A program made the translations under genes and the position numbers. A DNA stretch of 64,000 bases from Hydrogenimonas sp. Its GTDB lineage: Bacteria > Campylobacterota > Campylobacteria > Campylobacterales > Hydrogenimonadaceae. This document shows, one piece after another, positions 31,065 to 41,722 of this stretch (position 1 is the first letter of the stretch; every line of letters starts with the position of its first letter). The stretch is taken from NCBI GenBank assembly GCA_015490295.1, contig WFYC01000073.1, positions 2,145-66,144 on the forward strand, in the 5' to 3' direction. The notes under the pieces are model-generated. The model was not told the DNA's origin. It did no database searches and worked only from the letters and a program-made list of their open reading frames with translations.

Positions 31065-33720
31065 AGTACGCATCCATGAAATAGCGAAAGAGTTGGGAAT
31101 AAAAAGCAAAGAGGTTGTGGAGATGGCCAAGGAGATGGGTCTTGACGTCAAAGCGCCTTCTAGCAGTGTTGCCCCGGAAGATGCACAAAACCTTATGAAT
31201 TTTGTGATGACCGGGACACTTCCCGCTTCAGCCAAAACAGTAAAATCTCCTGAGCCCGCAAAAAAGGTTGAGAAAGAGGAGCCTAAGAGGCCGGCGGAAA
31301 CGGCAAAAGAGGTGCCATCCGCCAAGAAGAGCAAGGTGCAGACCCAAGAGGAAGCAGCAGAGAGAAAAGAGGTTGAAAAACCTTCGGTAAAGCCCGAAAA
31401 AACTCAGGAGAGTGCGGAGGCGACACCGAAGAGAAGAGAGGAGCCGACGACAGAAACCGCCGAAGCGAAAGAGAGCCTTGCAGAGGCTTCCGTAAAGCGC
31501 CGCCGCGGCATCTTCATAGTAAAGAAGAAACGGCCCAGGAGTGTAGAGCCGACTGAAAAGAGCGTCTCCATAAAAAAGAGTGAGATAGGGCTTGAAAACC
31601 GCATCATAGCCGCAGCAGACGAGACCTTGGTGTCGAAAAAGAGTAAGAAAAAGGCCAAAAAGCCGGCTCCCGTTCCAAGCAGCAAAGAGAGCGGTATCAA
31701 GCTGAGTCTTATGGAAGACAGGGATATCGGCAGTTCGAATACGATCCCCGTAGACTACTCCACCGAAGAGGTGGTTCTTCCGGACTTCAGCGAAGAGCTC
31801 AACCGGATGGAGGAGCCGAAATCTCCGGTAACGCTGAAGCCGGAACAGCCACGCCAGAAGCAGCCGGCCGGCCGCAGAGGCCCTCAAAAAAGGGGCAGCC
31901 GCAGTGTCAGCCGCACTGCTCCCAAGAAGCGCCATAAGCGGGTCGAAAAAGAGGGAACCGTCTCATCGGTAGTCACTATTCCCGAAGAGGTTAGGGTATA
32001 CGAATTCGCGGAGAAGGTCGGTAAAACAACCGGAGAGGTAATAAAAGTTCTATTCGGCCTCGGTAAAATGGTGACGAAAAACGACTTCCTCGAAAAAGAT
32101 GAGATCGAGATACTCGCCGAAGAGTTCGGTGTTGAGGTAAAAACCATGAATCCCCTCGATGAGCTCGACTATGTTAGCGCCTACGATGCGATAGAGGATG
32201 AGTATCTCGAAGAGAGGCCGCCTGTAATTACGATAATGGGTCACGTAGACCACGGTAAAACTTCGCTTCTCGACAAAATCAGGGAGACCAAAGTGGCCGA
32301 AAGGGAGGCGGGCGGCATTACCCAGCATGTCGGTGCGTACCAGATCGAAAAGGATGGCAAGAAGATAACCTTTATAGATACACCCGGCCATGAAGCGTTT
32401 ACAGAGATGCGGGCGCGCGGTGCACAGGCGACAGATATCGTGATTATCGTGGTCGCCGCGGATGATGGAGTCAAACCCCAGACGATAGAGGCGCTCAACC
32501 ACGCCAAAGCGGCGGAAGTGCCGATGATTATCGCGATCAACAAGATCGACAAGCCGGATGCGAATCCCGACATGGTAAAGTCTCAGCTCGCGGAACTGGA
32601 CTATATGCCGGTAGAGTGGGGCGGAGAGTACGAGTTTGTTGAAGTCTCCGCAAAAACCGGTACAGGGATTCCCGACCTGCTCGAGACGATTTTGCTGCAG
32701 GCTGAAATAATGGAGCTAAGGGCCAATCCCAAACGGCTGGCAAAGGCTATCGTTATCGAAAGCTCTCTCGAAAAAGGGCGCGGTCCCGTCGCTACCGTGA
32801 TTGTCAAAAACGGTACTCTTTATGTAGGTGACCATGTAATATGCGGTAGGACGTTCGGAAGGGTGCGTACCATTCTGAACGATCTCGGCAAACAGGTCAA
32901 ACAGCTCGGTCCGAGCGATCCGGGTGTAGTTGTGGGGCTTAACGAAGTTCCTGGTGCTGGCGAAGTTCTTGTCGCTATGAAGAGCGATAAAGAGGTTCGC
33001 GAGCTTGCGCAAAAAAGAGCGGAGTATCTCAGGCAAAAAGAGCTCTCAAAAAGTACGAAAGTGACACTCGATGAACTCAGCAGTCTGATCGCCGAGGGCC
33101 AGATAAAATCTCTGCCCGTAATCATCAAAGCCGATGTGCAGGGCTCTTTGGAGGCTATCAGAGGAAGTCTTGAGAAGCTCAAAAACGAAGAGGTGAAGAT
33201 AGAGGTCATACACTCCGGTGTAGGCGGTATAACCGAAAGCGACGTGGCTCTTGCGAATGCCGACCAGAATGCGGTGATACTCGGCTTCAACGTCAGACCG
33301 GACGCCAAAATAAAAGAGAAGGCGAAGCAGCTCGGAGTGGAGATCAAGACCTACTCCATAATATACGATCTTATAGATGATGTAAAAGCGCTTCTGAGTG
33401 GAATGATGAGCCCGATTGTCAGCGAAGAGGGAATAGGGCAGGCAGAGGTCCGTGAAACATTCAGCGTCGCCAAAGTCGGAACCATTGCAGGGTGTATCGT
33501 TACCGAAGGGGTTATAAAGAGAAACGCGAAAGCGCGTCTTATCCGCGACGGTGTAGTTATATACGATACCCGTATAAGCTCCCTGAAACGCTTCAAAGAC
33601 GATGCGAAAGAGGTTGGAAAAGGGTATGAGTGCGGCCTTATGCTTGAAAACTTCAACGATATCAAGGTGGGTGACGTGATAGAGGCTTACGAAGAGAGAG
33701 AGGAGAAAGCGACTCTATGA
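31057..33720 (+). CDS. infB: Translation initiation factor IF-2
   Basis: [33 protein letters not shown]. Confidence 0.98.
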   Translation: MDKVRIHEIAKELGIKSKEVVEMAKEMGLDVKAPSSSVAPEDAQNLMNFVMTGTLPASAKTVKSPEPAKKVEKEEPKRPAETAKEVPSAKKSKVQTQEEAAERKEVEKPSVKPEKTQESAEATPKRREEPTTETAEAKESLAEASVKRRRGIFIVKKKRPRSVEPTEKSVSIKKSEIGLENRIIAAADETLVSKKSKKKAKKPAPVPSSKESGIKLSLMEDRDIGSSNTIPVDYSTEEVVLPDFSEELNRMEEPKSPVTLKPEQPRQKQPAGRRGPQKRGSRSVSRTAPKKRHKRVEKEGTVSSVVTIPEEVRVYEFAEKVGKTTGEVIKVLFGLGKMVTKNDFLEKDEIEILAEEFGVEVKTMNPLDELDYVSAYDAIEDEYLEERPPVITIMGHVDHGKTSLLDKIRETKVAEREAGGITQHVGAYQIEKDGKKITFIDTPGHEAFTEMRARGAQATDIVIIVVAADDGVKPQTIEALNHAKAAEVPMIIAINKIDKPDANPDMVKSQLAELDYMPVEWGGEYEFVEVSAKTGTGIPDLLETILLQAEIMELRANPKRLAKAIVIESSLEKGRGPVATVIVKNGTLYVGDHVICGRTFGRVRTILNDLGKQVKQLGPSDPGVVVGLNEVPGAGEVLVAMKSDKEVRELAQKRAEYLRQKELSKSTKVTLDELSSLIAEGQIKSLPVIIKADVQGSLEAIRGSLEKLKNEEVKIEVIHSGVGGITESDVALANADQNAVILGFNVRPDAKIKEKAKQLGVEIKTYSIIYDLIDDVKALLSGMMSPIVSEEGIGQAEVRETFSVAKVGTIAGCIVTEGVIKRNAKARLIRDGVVIYDTRISSLKRFKDDAKEVGKGYECGLMLENFNDIKVGDVIEAYEEREEKATL

Positions 33721-34073
33721 CCGCTGAAGAGATCAAGCGCCACAGGACCGAATCGGTTTTACGCGAGTTGATCCCCGAAGCGCTTTCGCAGCTTGGGGAC
33801 GAGCGGCTGCGCGGACTTACCGTGACGGAAGTCGTCTGCAGCAGAGGACGAAGTGACGCCGATGTATATCTTGACCCGACGGGACACGAAGAGGATGAAC
33901 AAAAACAGATTCTCAAGCAGCTCAAAAAGGTCGTGAGGGGCCTGGAAGCCTACTGCCTCAAAGCAGAAGGGTGGTTCAAGTCCCCTAAATTCCACTTTAA
34001 ATTCGACAAAGAGCTGGAGCGTGCAAAACGGCTCGACGAACTCTTTTCGATTATCGAAAAGGAGATCAAGTGA
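33717..34073 (+). CDS. rbfA: 30S ribosome-binding factor A
   Basis: Position after infB; P.FHFKFD motif. Confidence 0.9.
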   Translation: MTAEEIKRHRTESVLRELIPEALSQLGDERLRGLTVTEVVCSRGRSDADVYLDPTGHEEDEQKQILKQLKKVVRGLEAYCLKAEGWFKSPKFHFKFDKELERAKRLDELFSIIEKEIK

Positions 34074-34498
34074 GCGTCGAAAAAGAGGTTAAAAAGGTCA
34101 TAGAGTCTCACGGGGCCAAACTTTACGATACCGAAGTGGTCAGCGAGGACGGCAGAACCATCTATAGAGTATATATCCTCAAAGATGGCGGTGTCGACCT
34201 GGATCTATGCGCCGATATAAGCCGCGACCTTTCACCGATGCTCGATGTCTACCCGCCGGTAAGCGGCCAGTACTATCTGGAGGTGAGCTCTCCGGGGGTT
34301 GAACGCACTCTCAAGAAGCCGGAACACTTCATGAACTCCGTAGGCAGCGATGTCAGAGTGAAACTGAGCAGCGGGGATGTCGTAAAGGGCAAGCTGCTCG
34401 GCTTTGAAGATGGCAAAGTTATTCTTAAAACTTCGGCCGGCGAAGAGGAGTTTCCTCTATCTGAGATAAGAAAAGCCCGCACCTATTTTGAATGGTAG
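34070..34498 (+). CDS. rimP: Ribosome maturation factor RimP
   Basis: YYLEVSSPGVER.L. Confidence 0.94.
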   Translation: MSVEKEVKKVIESHGAKLYDTEVVSEDGRTIYRVYILKDGGVDLDLCADISRDLSPMLDVYPPVSGQYYLEVSSPGVERTLKKPEHFMNSVGSDVRVKLSSGDVVKGKLLGFEDGKVILKTSAGEEEFPLSEIRKARTYFEW

Positions 34499-35511
34499 CG
34501 ATCAAAGATCAGTTCTATATGCGGCTGGCGCTCGAAGAGGCGTGGAAGTACCAGCTGCTTACCTACCCCAACCCCGCCGTCGGCGCCGCTGTCGTTGACT
34601 CTTCCGGCGCTGTTTTGGGTCTTAATGCGCATAAAGAGGCCGGTTCGGCCCATGCCGAAGTGCTTGCGATCAGGGATGCCTACACCGCCCTTACATCCGA
34701 TAGGGCGCTTTGCGCTACAGAGGATTCCGAATTTCTGCACAGAGAGCTTCCAAAAAGAGCCAAAAATCTCTTTAGCAGCTCTACACTCTATGTAACACTC
34801 GAACCGTGCTCCCACGAAGGAAAGACGCCCGCCTGCAGCCGGCTTATAGCCGAACTGGGCTTCAAGCGTGTGGTAATCGGCGTGCCCGATCCCAACGGTT
34901 TGGCTTCCGGCGGCGCAAAGATGCTTCAAAAAGCCGGCATTGAGGTGAGCGTAGGTGTGCAGAAGAAGCGGTGCGAGGAGCTGATAGAGCCTTTCAAGAA
35001 GTGGATGGGTGGAAGGTTTCTCTTTTTCAAACTGGCACAGACGCTCAACGGTGTGATAGACGGCGGTACCGTAAGTTCCGAAGAGTCGCGAAGGTGGGTT
35101 CACGCCGTAAGGGGCAAGATAGATACCCTTTTGATCGGCGGAGGTACCGTAAGGGCGGATCGTCCCCTGCTTGACGGCAGGCTGACAGGCACCAAGGCTC
35201 CCGATGTCGCTGTTTTAACTGAAAAACCGGATACGATAGAAAGAGATATTCCGCTGTTCGGTGTAGAGGGGCGGAGTGTAGAGTTTATAGACTATAGAGG
35301 CGCTTTGAATCTGAAAGGCTTCGTGATGGTAGAGGGCGGAAGTGGAATGTTCGAAGCTTTGAAAAACGAGATAGACTGGATGGTTCTTTTCGTAGCCCCC
35401 TTCGTGAAAGCGGGGATGGGTTATAATGGCGCACAGAGTTTCGAACTGCTGCACCAAAGCAGTTGCGGCGGGGACGCTATATTATGGTTAAGGGCGAAAA
35501 ATGGAAGATAA
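34492..35511 (+). CDS. ribD: Riboflavin biosynthesis deaminase/reductase RibD
   Basis: PNPAVGA, HAEV, TLEPCSH.GKTPAC, VEGG. Confidence 0.94.
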   Translation: MVAIKDQFYMRLALEEAWKYQLLTYPNPAVGAAVVDSSGAVLGLNAHKEAGSAHAEVLAIRDAYTALTSDRALCATEDSEFLHRELPKRAKNLFSSSTLYVTLEPCSHEGKTPACSRLIAELGFKRVVIGVPDPNGLASGGAKMLQKAGIEVSVGVQKKRCEELIEPFKKWMGGRFLFFKLAQTLNGVIDGGTVSSEESRRWVHAVRGKIDTLLIGGGTVRADRPLLDGRLTGTKAPDVAVLTEKPDTIERDIPLFGVEGRSVEFIDYRGALNLKGFVMVEGGSGMFEALKNEIDWMVLFVAPFVKAGMGYNGAQSFELLHQSSCGGDAILWLRAKNGR

Positions 35512-36220
35512 GGGTCTGAAGCAGGAGAAGATTGTCTCGATGTTCGACGAGATCGCATCGACCTATGATGTTACAAACCGCGTTTTGAGCATGGGAATCG
35601 ACAAGTCGTGGCGCAAAAAGGGTTGCGACAAGACTTTCGAACTGCTCGACAGGAGCGAAGATCTCACTGTACTCGACGTCGCATGCGGCACGGGAGATAT
35701 GCTGCAGTGGTGGAGAGATAGAGGCGAGGCGGCCGGTGCCGAGATTAAACGGTTTATCGGGGTGGACCCTTCCGAAGGGATGCTGAAAGTCGCCAAAGAG
35801 AAGGTCGACTACGCCGACTTCATAGTCGCAAAAGCGCAGCAGATGCCTATAGACGAGAATAGCGCCGATATACTCTCCATCAGTTACGGCATACGAAACG
35901 TCGTTGACAGGCAGGAGGCGATAAACGAGTTCTACCGAGTCCTAAAACCGGGTGGCATGGTGGTCATTTTGGAGTTTACCAAGCGCGAAAACAGAGGGCT
36001 GAAGGGCAGAGTGGTAGATTTCTATATGCATAAAATTCTCCCGAGGCTCGGAGGAGTTGTCAGCAGGAACTATGAAGCCTACCGTTACCTCCCCGACTCC
36101 ATAGAGGATTTCCTTACGACCGGGATGCTTCAGGAGGAGCTGGAGAGTGCCGGGTTCCGGATGCAGTATACCGAATCGTTTTCGATGGGTATATCGACAC
36201 TGCTGATAGCCAGAAAGTGA
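35501..36220 (+). CDS. ubiE: Demethylmenaquinone methyltransferase UbiE/MenG
   Basis: MFDEIA..YD..NRVLSMG, LDVACGTGD, RVLKPGG, AYRYLPDSI. Confidence 0.92.
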   Translation: MEDKGLKQEKIVSMFDEIASTYDVTNRVLSMGIDKSWRKKGCDKTFELLDRSEDLTVLDVACGTGDMLQWWRDRGEAAGAEIKRFIGVDPSEGMLKVAKEKVDYADFIVAKAQQMPIDENSADILSISYGIRNVVDRQEAINEFYRVLKPGGMVVILEFTKRENRGLKGRVVDFYMHKILPRLGGVVSRNYEAYRYLPDSIEDFLTTGMLQEELESAGFRMQYTESFSMGISTLLIARK

Positions 36221-37479
36221 TGCAGACCCTAACAGTTTCCCAGATCAACGAGCAGATAAAGTCGCTGCTAGAGTCTACGTTTATCCAGATACGTGTGGAG
36301 GGGGAGCTTTCACGCGTTACCTACCACAGCAGCGGACACATATACTTTTCGATAAAAGATGAAAAGAGCTCTCTTTCGTGCGTAATGTTCCGGTCCAACG
36401 TGGCGAGACTGCGCTTCAGGCTCGAAGAGGGTCAGCATGTTGTACTCGGCGGCTCCATCACCGTATATGTGCCCCGCGGAAACTACCAGATGATGGTGCA
36501 AAGTGCCGAGCCGTACGGTGCCGGTGCGCTTGCAGTCGCTTTCGAGCAGCTGAAAAAGAGGCTGCAGGAAGAGGGGCTCTTCGCGGCCGAGAGAAAACGT
36601 CCGATTCCGCGCACCGTTCGCCATATAGCGGTGGTCACATCCAAAACCGGTGCGGCGATACAGGATATGATACGTGTAGCCGGCAAGCGCTGGCCGCTGC
36701 TTAAGATCACCCTGGTAGATACGCTGGTGCAGGGAGCCGAAGCCGCCGAAGAGATAGCCCGCCATATTGCCTATGCCGACCGGCTCGGAGCCGATGTGCT
36801 CATCGTAGGGCGCGGCGGCGGAAGTATCGAAGATCTCTGGGCGTTCAACGAAGAGGTTGTGGCGAGGGCGATAGCCGCGTGCAAAACCCCGGTGGTCTCC
36901 GCTGTCGGCCACGAAGTGGATACCCTTATCTCGGACTTCGTTGCGGATATGCGCGCACCTACCCCTTCCGCCGCAATGGAGCAGATACTCCCGGACCATG
37001 TGGAGGTGCTCTATACCCTCGACGAGATGATGAACAGGATGTCGCATAGGATGCGTCAGATCACGGCGTTAAAAGAGGATAACTTCCGTCACCTGCTCTC
37101 CAGACTGGAGCAGCTCGCCATCACAAGAAGAATCGCTCTGCGTCTGAAGGATGTGAATATGTTAAAAGATAGCCTCACTCTCCAGATGAGAAGGCTGCTC
37201 GATGCAAAATCGGCGCATATCGAGCCGCTCGCTTCTCAGATATGTTCTGCTCGAAAGGCGGCTCTGAACAGAAAAGAGCAGACGGTACGCTCGATGATGG
37301 AACAGATGGATGCCCTCGACCCGCGCCATAAATTGAGACCTGGATATGTTCAGCTCGTAAAGGATGGAAGGGCAGTAGGGTTGGACAAGGTGAAAGTGGG
37401 GGAACTCGTTGCACTTCAGGACGGCCGTCTTAAAGCCGAGGCCAGGATAGAAGGAGTCGCTCCGATAGAGGATAGATAG
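36217..37479 (+). CDS. xseA: Exodeoxyribonuclease VII large subunit
   Basis: SGHIYFSIKD, RGGGSIEDLWAFNEE, SAVGHE.D, APTPSAA. Confidence 0.96.
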   Translation: MMQTLTVSQINEQIKSLLESTFIQIRVEGELSRVTYHSSGHIYFSIKDEKSSLSCVMFRSNVARLRFRLEEGQHVVLGGSITVYVPRGNYQMMVQSAEPYGAGALAVAFEQLKKRLQEEGLFAAERKRPIPRTVRHIAVVTSKTGAAIQDMIRVAGKRWPLLKITLVDTLVQGAEAAEEIARHIAYADRLGADVLIVGRGGGSIEDLWAFNEEVVARAIAACKTPVVSAVGHEVDTLISDFVADMRAPTPSAAMEQILPDHVEVLYTLDEMMNRMSHRMRQITALKEDNFRHLLSRLEQLAITRRIALRLKDVNMLKDSLTLQMRRLLDAKSAHIEPLASQICSARKAALNRKEQTVRSMMEQMDALDPRHKLRPGYVQLVKDGRAVGLDKVKVGELVALQDGRLKAEARIEGVAPIEDR

Positions 37480-37605
37480 TTAAGTGAATAATGTTACGCA
37501 AACTGCCGGCAAAGCCCGTAATTCGGCAGGGTCCAATCGATTCTGTAATCCATGGAGCTAGGAGATCCAAAGATTTTATAGTTTTGTTATGCTTTGCACA
37601 TAACA

Positions 37606-38217
37606 TCAGGCTCTCACCGATTTCAAAATTTTGTCGGCCAGAATTCTTGCCAGATCTTTCATGCTCGGGTCGGGGCTTATTTTGTGCTCTCCCTGTACAT
37701 ATCCGGCAACACGCGCTCTTATCGTCCTGGTGGTCTGGTGCATTATGAGTGTGGAGACGATCATCATTTGGGCCACCATCGGGTTCTCTATCTCGAAAAC
37801 TCCCTCTTCGACTCCGTCGTTGAGTATGGCCGTTACGGTTGAGAGGGTCCTGGAGAGCTCCGCTGCCGCCCGGTCGCTCATCTGCTTTCCGTCATCGGAA
37901 AATTCGTGGGCCAAAGTGGCGGCGAAGCAGTGATGTTCGTTCAAAAAGGCTCCGAAAGCTTCGATATAGGCGCGAAGTCTCTCCTCGGGTCCCTTGGCAC
38001 CTGCAGCCGCCTTCTCGACCCGGTTGGCCAGCAGTTCGAGCCTGAACAGAAGGACCGCCTCGTAGAGTGCCGCCTTGTCTTTGAAGTGGTAATAGATGGC
38101 AGGCTTGGTCACACTGGACTCGGCGGCGATATCCTCCAAAGAGGTGGCCTCGAAACCGAACTTCGAAAAATGCTTTGCCGCAGCAAGCAGAATCTTCTCT
38201 CTTTTACTGTCGCGCAA
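37606..38217 (-). CDS. TetR/AcrR family transcriptional regulator
   Basis: HTH (GFEATSLEDIA..S.VTKPAIYYHFKDK); start placed at TTG 38217 behind AAGGAG. Confidence 0.88.
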   Translation of the reverse strand: MRDSKREKILLAAAKHFSKFGFEATSLEDIAAESSVTKPAIYYHFKDKAALYEAVLLFRLELLANRVEKAAAGAKGPEERLRAYIEAFGAFLNEHHCFAATLAHEFSDDGKQMSDRAAAELSRTLSTVTAILNDGVEEGVFEIENPMVAQMMIVSTLIMHQTTRTIRARVAGYVQGEHKISPDPSMKDLARILADKILKSVRA

Positions 38218-38235
38218 CTTCTCTCCTTGCTTCTT

Positions 38236-38280
38236 ACTTAACGATAAGTCAGTATACTGCAGTTTTGTTTCATTTGTCAA
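38236..38280 (-). promoter_or_regulatory. Sigma70 promoter (TTGACA-N18-TATACT) with overlapping palindromic operator of the tetR gene
   Basis: -35 at 38275-38280, -10 at 38251-38256, inverted repeat ACTTA-N4-TAAGT at 38236-38249. Confidence 0.65.
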
Positions 38281-38557
38281 AATTGCGAATTAAAAGCAGC
38301 ACAGCTCTTTGGAAATGTCAACAAAACTTTAAGCAGATTAAACAGTTAATGAAAATTTCATTTTTATTTTAATAAGGAACTGTGCATCCTCATGAAGACA
38401 AACATGGTGGATACGTATTTTGCTTTCACTACATTTTAAAATATCACTTCGGAGTATGAGATATAAGCTGTAACCTTTTTTATGGTATAGTATTTCATCC
38501 ATTTTACAAAAAGTTATACTTTGAGTAGAAGGGAAGAGTCTTTTTTGGAGAAGTAGA

Positions 38558-38839
38558 ATGAATATCTACATTGGAAATCTGTCTTACAGAATGGGTGATG
38601 GTGAACTTAGAGAAGTTTTTGAAGCATATGGCGAAGTGAGCAGCGCAAGAGTTATCAGCGATCGCGAGACCGGGCGTTCGAAAGGCTTCGGTTTTGTTGA
38701 AATGCCGGATGATAATGCCGCAAATGAAGCAATAGAGGCTCTAAACGGCAAAGAGGTCGAGGGACGAAACATCCGTGTAAACGAAGCGCGCCCCAGAGAG
38801 CCGCGTCAGCCCAGAGGCGACTTCAACCGAAACTTCTGA
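38558..38839 (+). CDS. RRM (RNP) domain RNA-binding protein
   Basis: RNP2 IYIGNL, RNP1 KGFGFVEM, IRVNEARPR. Confidence 0.95.
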   Translation: MNIYIGNLSYRMGDGELREVFEAYGEVSSARVISDRETGRSKGFGFVEMPDDNAANEAIEALNGKEVEGRNIRVNEARPREPRQPRGDFNRNF

Positions 38840-38884
38840 TACCGCCCGAAACTGTGCCGAATACGGTGCTACGTCAACGGTAAA

Positions 38885-38908
38885 GGAGAGCGGAGCGGCC
38901 CGCTCTCC
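38885..38908 (+). terminator. GC-rich hairpin after RRM gene
   Basis: GGAGAGCGG-N6-CCGCTCTCC perfect 9-bp stem; weak U tract. Confidence 0.5.
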
Positions 38909-38968
38909 ATCTCATTTAAACTTCCAAAAACGTGATCGATTCAGAATTTTTTACATGACGGATAGACG

Positions 38969-39613
38969 ATGAAGCAGTGTGTCAACGACTTTACGCTCTT
39001 TGAAGAGATATGGCATGCCATATCACACGGATTCGGCCTTTTTCTAAGCACTTTCGGATTCGGAGTACTCGTGACACTTGCTGCTTTGAGCGGTGATCTC
39101 ACCAAAATCCTGACCACCACTCTTTACGGTATCGTACTCATTTTGATGTACGGTGCATCCACCCTCTACCACGCTATACCGCATCCGAAAGCCAAGTCTA
39201 TTCTCCAGCAGCTCGATCACGCATCGATATATATGCTTATAGCCGGTACCTATACACCTGTTTTGCTGCTCGGCGTAAAAGGGGCTTTCGGATGGATACT
39301 CTTCGGCATGACCTGGGGGGCGGCAGCTGTCGGAATTTTTTTAAAATTTGCATATCCGGGCCGCTTCGAGCTCTTCTCTTTGGTTCTGTACGCCGCGATG
39401 GGGTGGATGATAGTCGTGGCATGGCAGCCGTTTGTGGAGCATGCCGGCTGGCTGCCGATGATCTTTCTTTTTGCAGGTGGTCTGATCTACACTCTCGGAA
39501 TCTTTTTCTATGTCAAATCATCGATGAGGCTGAACCATGCGGTGTGGCACCTCTTTGTGCTAGGCGGTACCGTTTTCCACTACTTCGCCATATTCTTGCT
39601 TGTCAGGCAGTAG
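38969..39613 (+). CDS. Hemolysin III / PAQR family membrane protein
   Basis: EE..HAISHG, STLYH, LDHASIY.LIAGTYTP, HAVWHLFV. Confidence 0.93.
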   Translation: MKQCVNDFTLFEEIWHAISHGFGLFLSTFGFGVLVTLAALSGDLTKILTTTLYGIVLILMYGASTLYHAIPHPKAKSILQQLDHASIYMLIAGTYTPVLLLGVKGAFGWILFGMTWGAAAVGIFLKFAYPGRFELFSLVLYAAMGWMIVVAWQPFVEHAGWLPMIFLFAGGLIYTLGIFFYVKSSMRLNHAVWHLFVLGGTVFHYFAIFLLVRQ

Positions 39614-39622
39614 TGAAAAACT

Positions 39623-40495
39623 CTATTTTATAATCCACCCCTTCAGCTGCTCTGCGAAAACTTTGGCCGACTCTTCTGCGAAGTTTTCCATATACTGTTC
39701 GAATCTGCTCTTCTCTTTCCATCTGGCTTCGGTAACCCCGCTGAGCGTTTTTGTCAGAGCTTCAGCCTTTTTGATGGAGCCAATTTCATCTATCAGACCT
39801 GCCTCTTTCGCTTTTTTTGCTATGAAAATCTTTGCATCGGCAAACTTTTCAGGGTGTTTTGGGTCCAGGCTTCTCGCTTTTGCCACATCTTCTACGAACA
39901 TTTTGTAGATATCGAAAACGTGGGTCTCGATCTCTTTTCGCTCATCTTTTGTCCACTCTCTGAAAGGGGTTCCCGCCTCTTTGTATTTTCCGGCTTTCAC
40001 GACCTGCGGTTTTACACCGATTTTGTCGATCAGGCCTTTTATGTTCATCCCCTCCATTATGACGCCGATGGAGCCGATCGTAGCGGCGGGATTCGCTACG
40101 ATCCTGTCCGCCCAGATAGATGCGTAGTAGCTGCCGCTCGCCATCGTACCGGCCGCGTAGGCGACTACCGGCTTCTTCTCTTTAAGACGCTTGAGTGCAA
40201 GGGCGATCTCTACGGAAGGTGCAACTGCACCGCCGGGTGAGTTTACGACGAAAAGCACACCCTTTATACTCTTTTCGTTTGCCAGTTCGTCAAGCTGCTT
40301 CACGATTTTCGAGGAGTCCATAATTGGACCGACAAGATCCACTTTCGCCAGGTTTGGCGGCTTTACAGACTCCGTTCCGGCTGGCGCCAGTATCAAAATC
40401 AGGATCAGAATGAATATCAGCGACTTGAAGTACTTCTGTATGAACTCCAATGTTGCCGTGATGGGGTAGAAGAGCTTTTTGAAAAAATCGGACAC
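39623..40495 (-). CDS. sppA: Signal peptide peptidase SppA (36K type)
   Basis: NSPGG, ASGSYY, GSIGV, GKYKE. Confidence 0.93.
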   Translation of the reverse strand: MSDFFKKLFYPITATLEFIQKYFKSLIFILILILILAPAGTESVKPPNLAKVDLVGPIMDSSKIVKQLDELANEKSIKGVLFVVNSPGGAVAPSVEIALALKRLKEKKPVVAYAAGTMASGSYYASIWADRIVANPAATIGSIGVIMEGMNIKGLIDKIGVKPQVVKAGKYKEAGTPFREWTKDERKEIETHVFDIYKMFVEDVAKARSLDPKHPEKFADAKIFIAKKAKEAGLIDEIGSIKKAEALTKTLSGVTEARWKEKSRFEQYMENFAEESAKVFAEQLKGWIIK

Positions 40496-40648
40496 ATCAA
40501 CCTCTTTTTGCAGGCATCTGACAGACGCAGCCGCGCTTTTGCCGTTGCCTTTTTTGAATGTTTGAAAATTATAGCAAAAAGAGAGGCCCGATCAAGCCCT
40601 CTTCGGTTTGAGCGGACTAAAAGTGGGTGGATGCCGAAGCGTTAAAGC

Positions 40649-41557
40649 TTAGAGACCGAACTGTTTCGTGTCGACCCACTCCATATTGAGCATAGACCAG
40701 AAATCCATGGCGAAGCCGTGCAGCAGATAGTCGTAGGGGAGCCAACCGTATCCATGGTCTCCCCATCCGGCTCCCCATGAGTTTCTGATCAGAAAAGCCC
40801 CTTTGGTAGTTTTGTTACAGGCGGTGTTTTTTATCTTTTTGTTGTCGTCATAGCCAACCGCTACTATGGCATGCCCCCATTTTGCCCTCTCACCCGGGCA
40901 CGGGAAGGGAATGCCGCCGGCTACGTTGGAGTTGGAGAATGAGCCGAACCCGAAGAAGCCGAACATCGAAGGAATACCGTATGCCAGGTAGAGCTTTACC
41001 CGGGCCAAAACGGTACTTTTGGGAATGTTCGAACCGATCGGATCGTGGCAGAAGTATCTGAGCGCCTCGTAATTGTCCGCGACTGCATAGACGAATGATG
41101 GGGGCTCCACATCGAATTTCGATATATCGTACGGCCAATACTTTTCCGGAGCCACTCCCGTAAGCGTAAGTGCCCCCATAGTGTTTCTGAGCCATGCTCC
41201 CGTATCTCCCGTTACACGCATCAGGTCTCTTGTGGCTTTATAGATGAAGAGCCTTGATGCGTTAATATGCTTTCCGTGTGCACGCCTCTCGTAATACTCT
41301 ATAACTCCCGCTGCGGCATTTGCGGTACATGAGCCAAGTGAACCCTGATTCTCCACAGGTGAGCACCATTGCCTCAAATCTACACTCGAGGGCAGAGCTT
41401 TCGGGATCTTATTCTCTTTGATACCCAGTTTTTTGACAATCTGTACAATCTCTTTCGTTTCTGGTGTGTAGTCTCTTAAATCCGGCATAGGAGGAATCCA
41501 TCCGGTTCCAACCTCCTCTTCAGTAGGCAGAATCACCTTTTCATACAATCTTTCCAT
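40649..41557 (-). CDS. C1A (papain-family) cysteine peptidase
   Basis: LPSSVDLR, QGSLGSCTA, GHAIVAVGY, IRNSWG..WG..GY; start ATG 41557 behind AAGGA. Confidence 0.92.
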   Translation of the reverse strand: MERLYEKVILPTEEEVGTGWIPPMPDLRDYTPETKEIVQIVKKLGIKENKIPKALPSSVDLRQWCSPVENQGSLGSCTANAAAGVIEYYERRAHGKHINASRLFIYKATRDLMRVTGDTGAWLRNTMGALTLTGVAPEKYWPYDISKFDVEPPSFVYAVADNYEALRYFCHDPIGSNIPKSTVLARVKLYLAYGIPSMFGFFGFGSFSNSNVAGGIPFPCPGERAKWGHAIVAVGYDDNKKIKNTACNKTTKGAFLIRNSWGAGWGDHGYGWLPYDYLLHGFAMDFWSMLNMEWVDTKQFGL

Positions 41558-41722
41558 CTCTCTTATCCTTTCTTGAATCTTTGATTCCGAAGCTTTGGGG
41601 GATTGCGTCCCACGGCCGGGCCCTGCTGAGTTCCGGACTTTGCCCGAAACTTGTTCAACACCTACAAACAATATAGCCGATAAGAATTCTGTTTTTGTTG
41701 TATTATTATGAAGATGGTAGGG

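Noticed and set aside
37495-37535. GCAAA-CTGCCG...CGGCAG hairpin, superficially GEMM-like
   Set aside because: Lies between convergent xseA and tetR with no downstream gene; core GACGC missing; probably a terminator
38408-38424. TGGATACGTATTTTGCT as a sigma54 promoter for the RRM gene
   Set aside because: GG to GC spacing is 11 nt, not 10; a sigma70-type TGGTATAGT lies closer to the gene
41603-41645. GGCAAA...GGGACGCAA on the minus strand in the papain leader, resembling a second GEMM aptamer
   Set aside because: No GNRA-capped P2 in the right register and no P3 or GGTTAC end; better explained as a simple hairpin. A cmscan would settle it.
41676-41683. GCCGATAA sigma28 -10 box
   Set aside because: No matching -35, and it points antisense into the amidohydrolase 3' end
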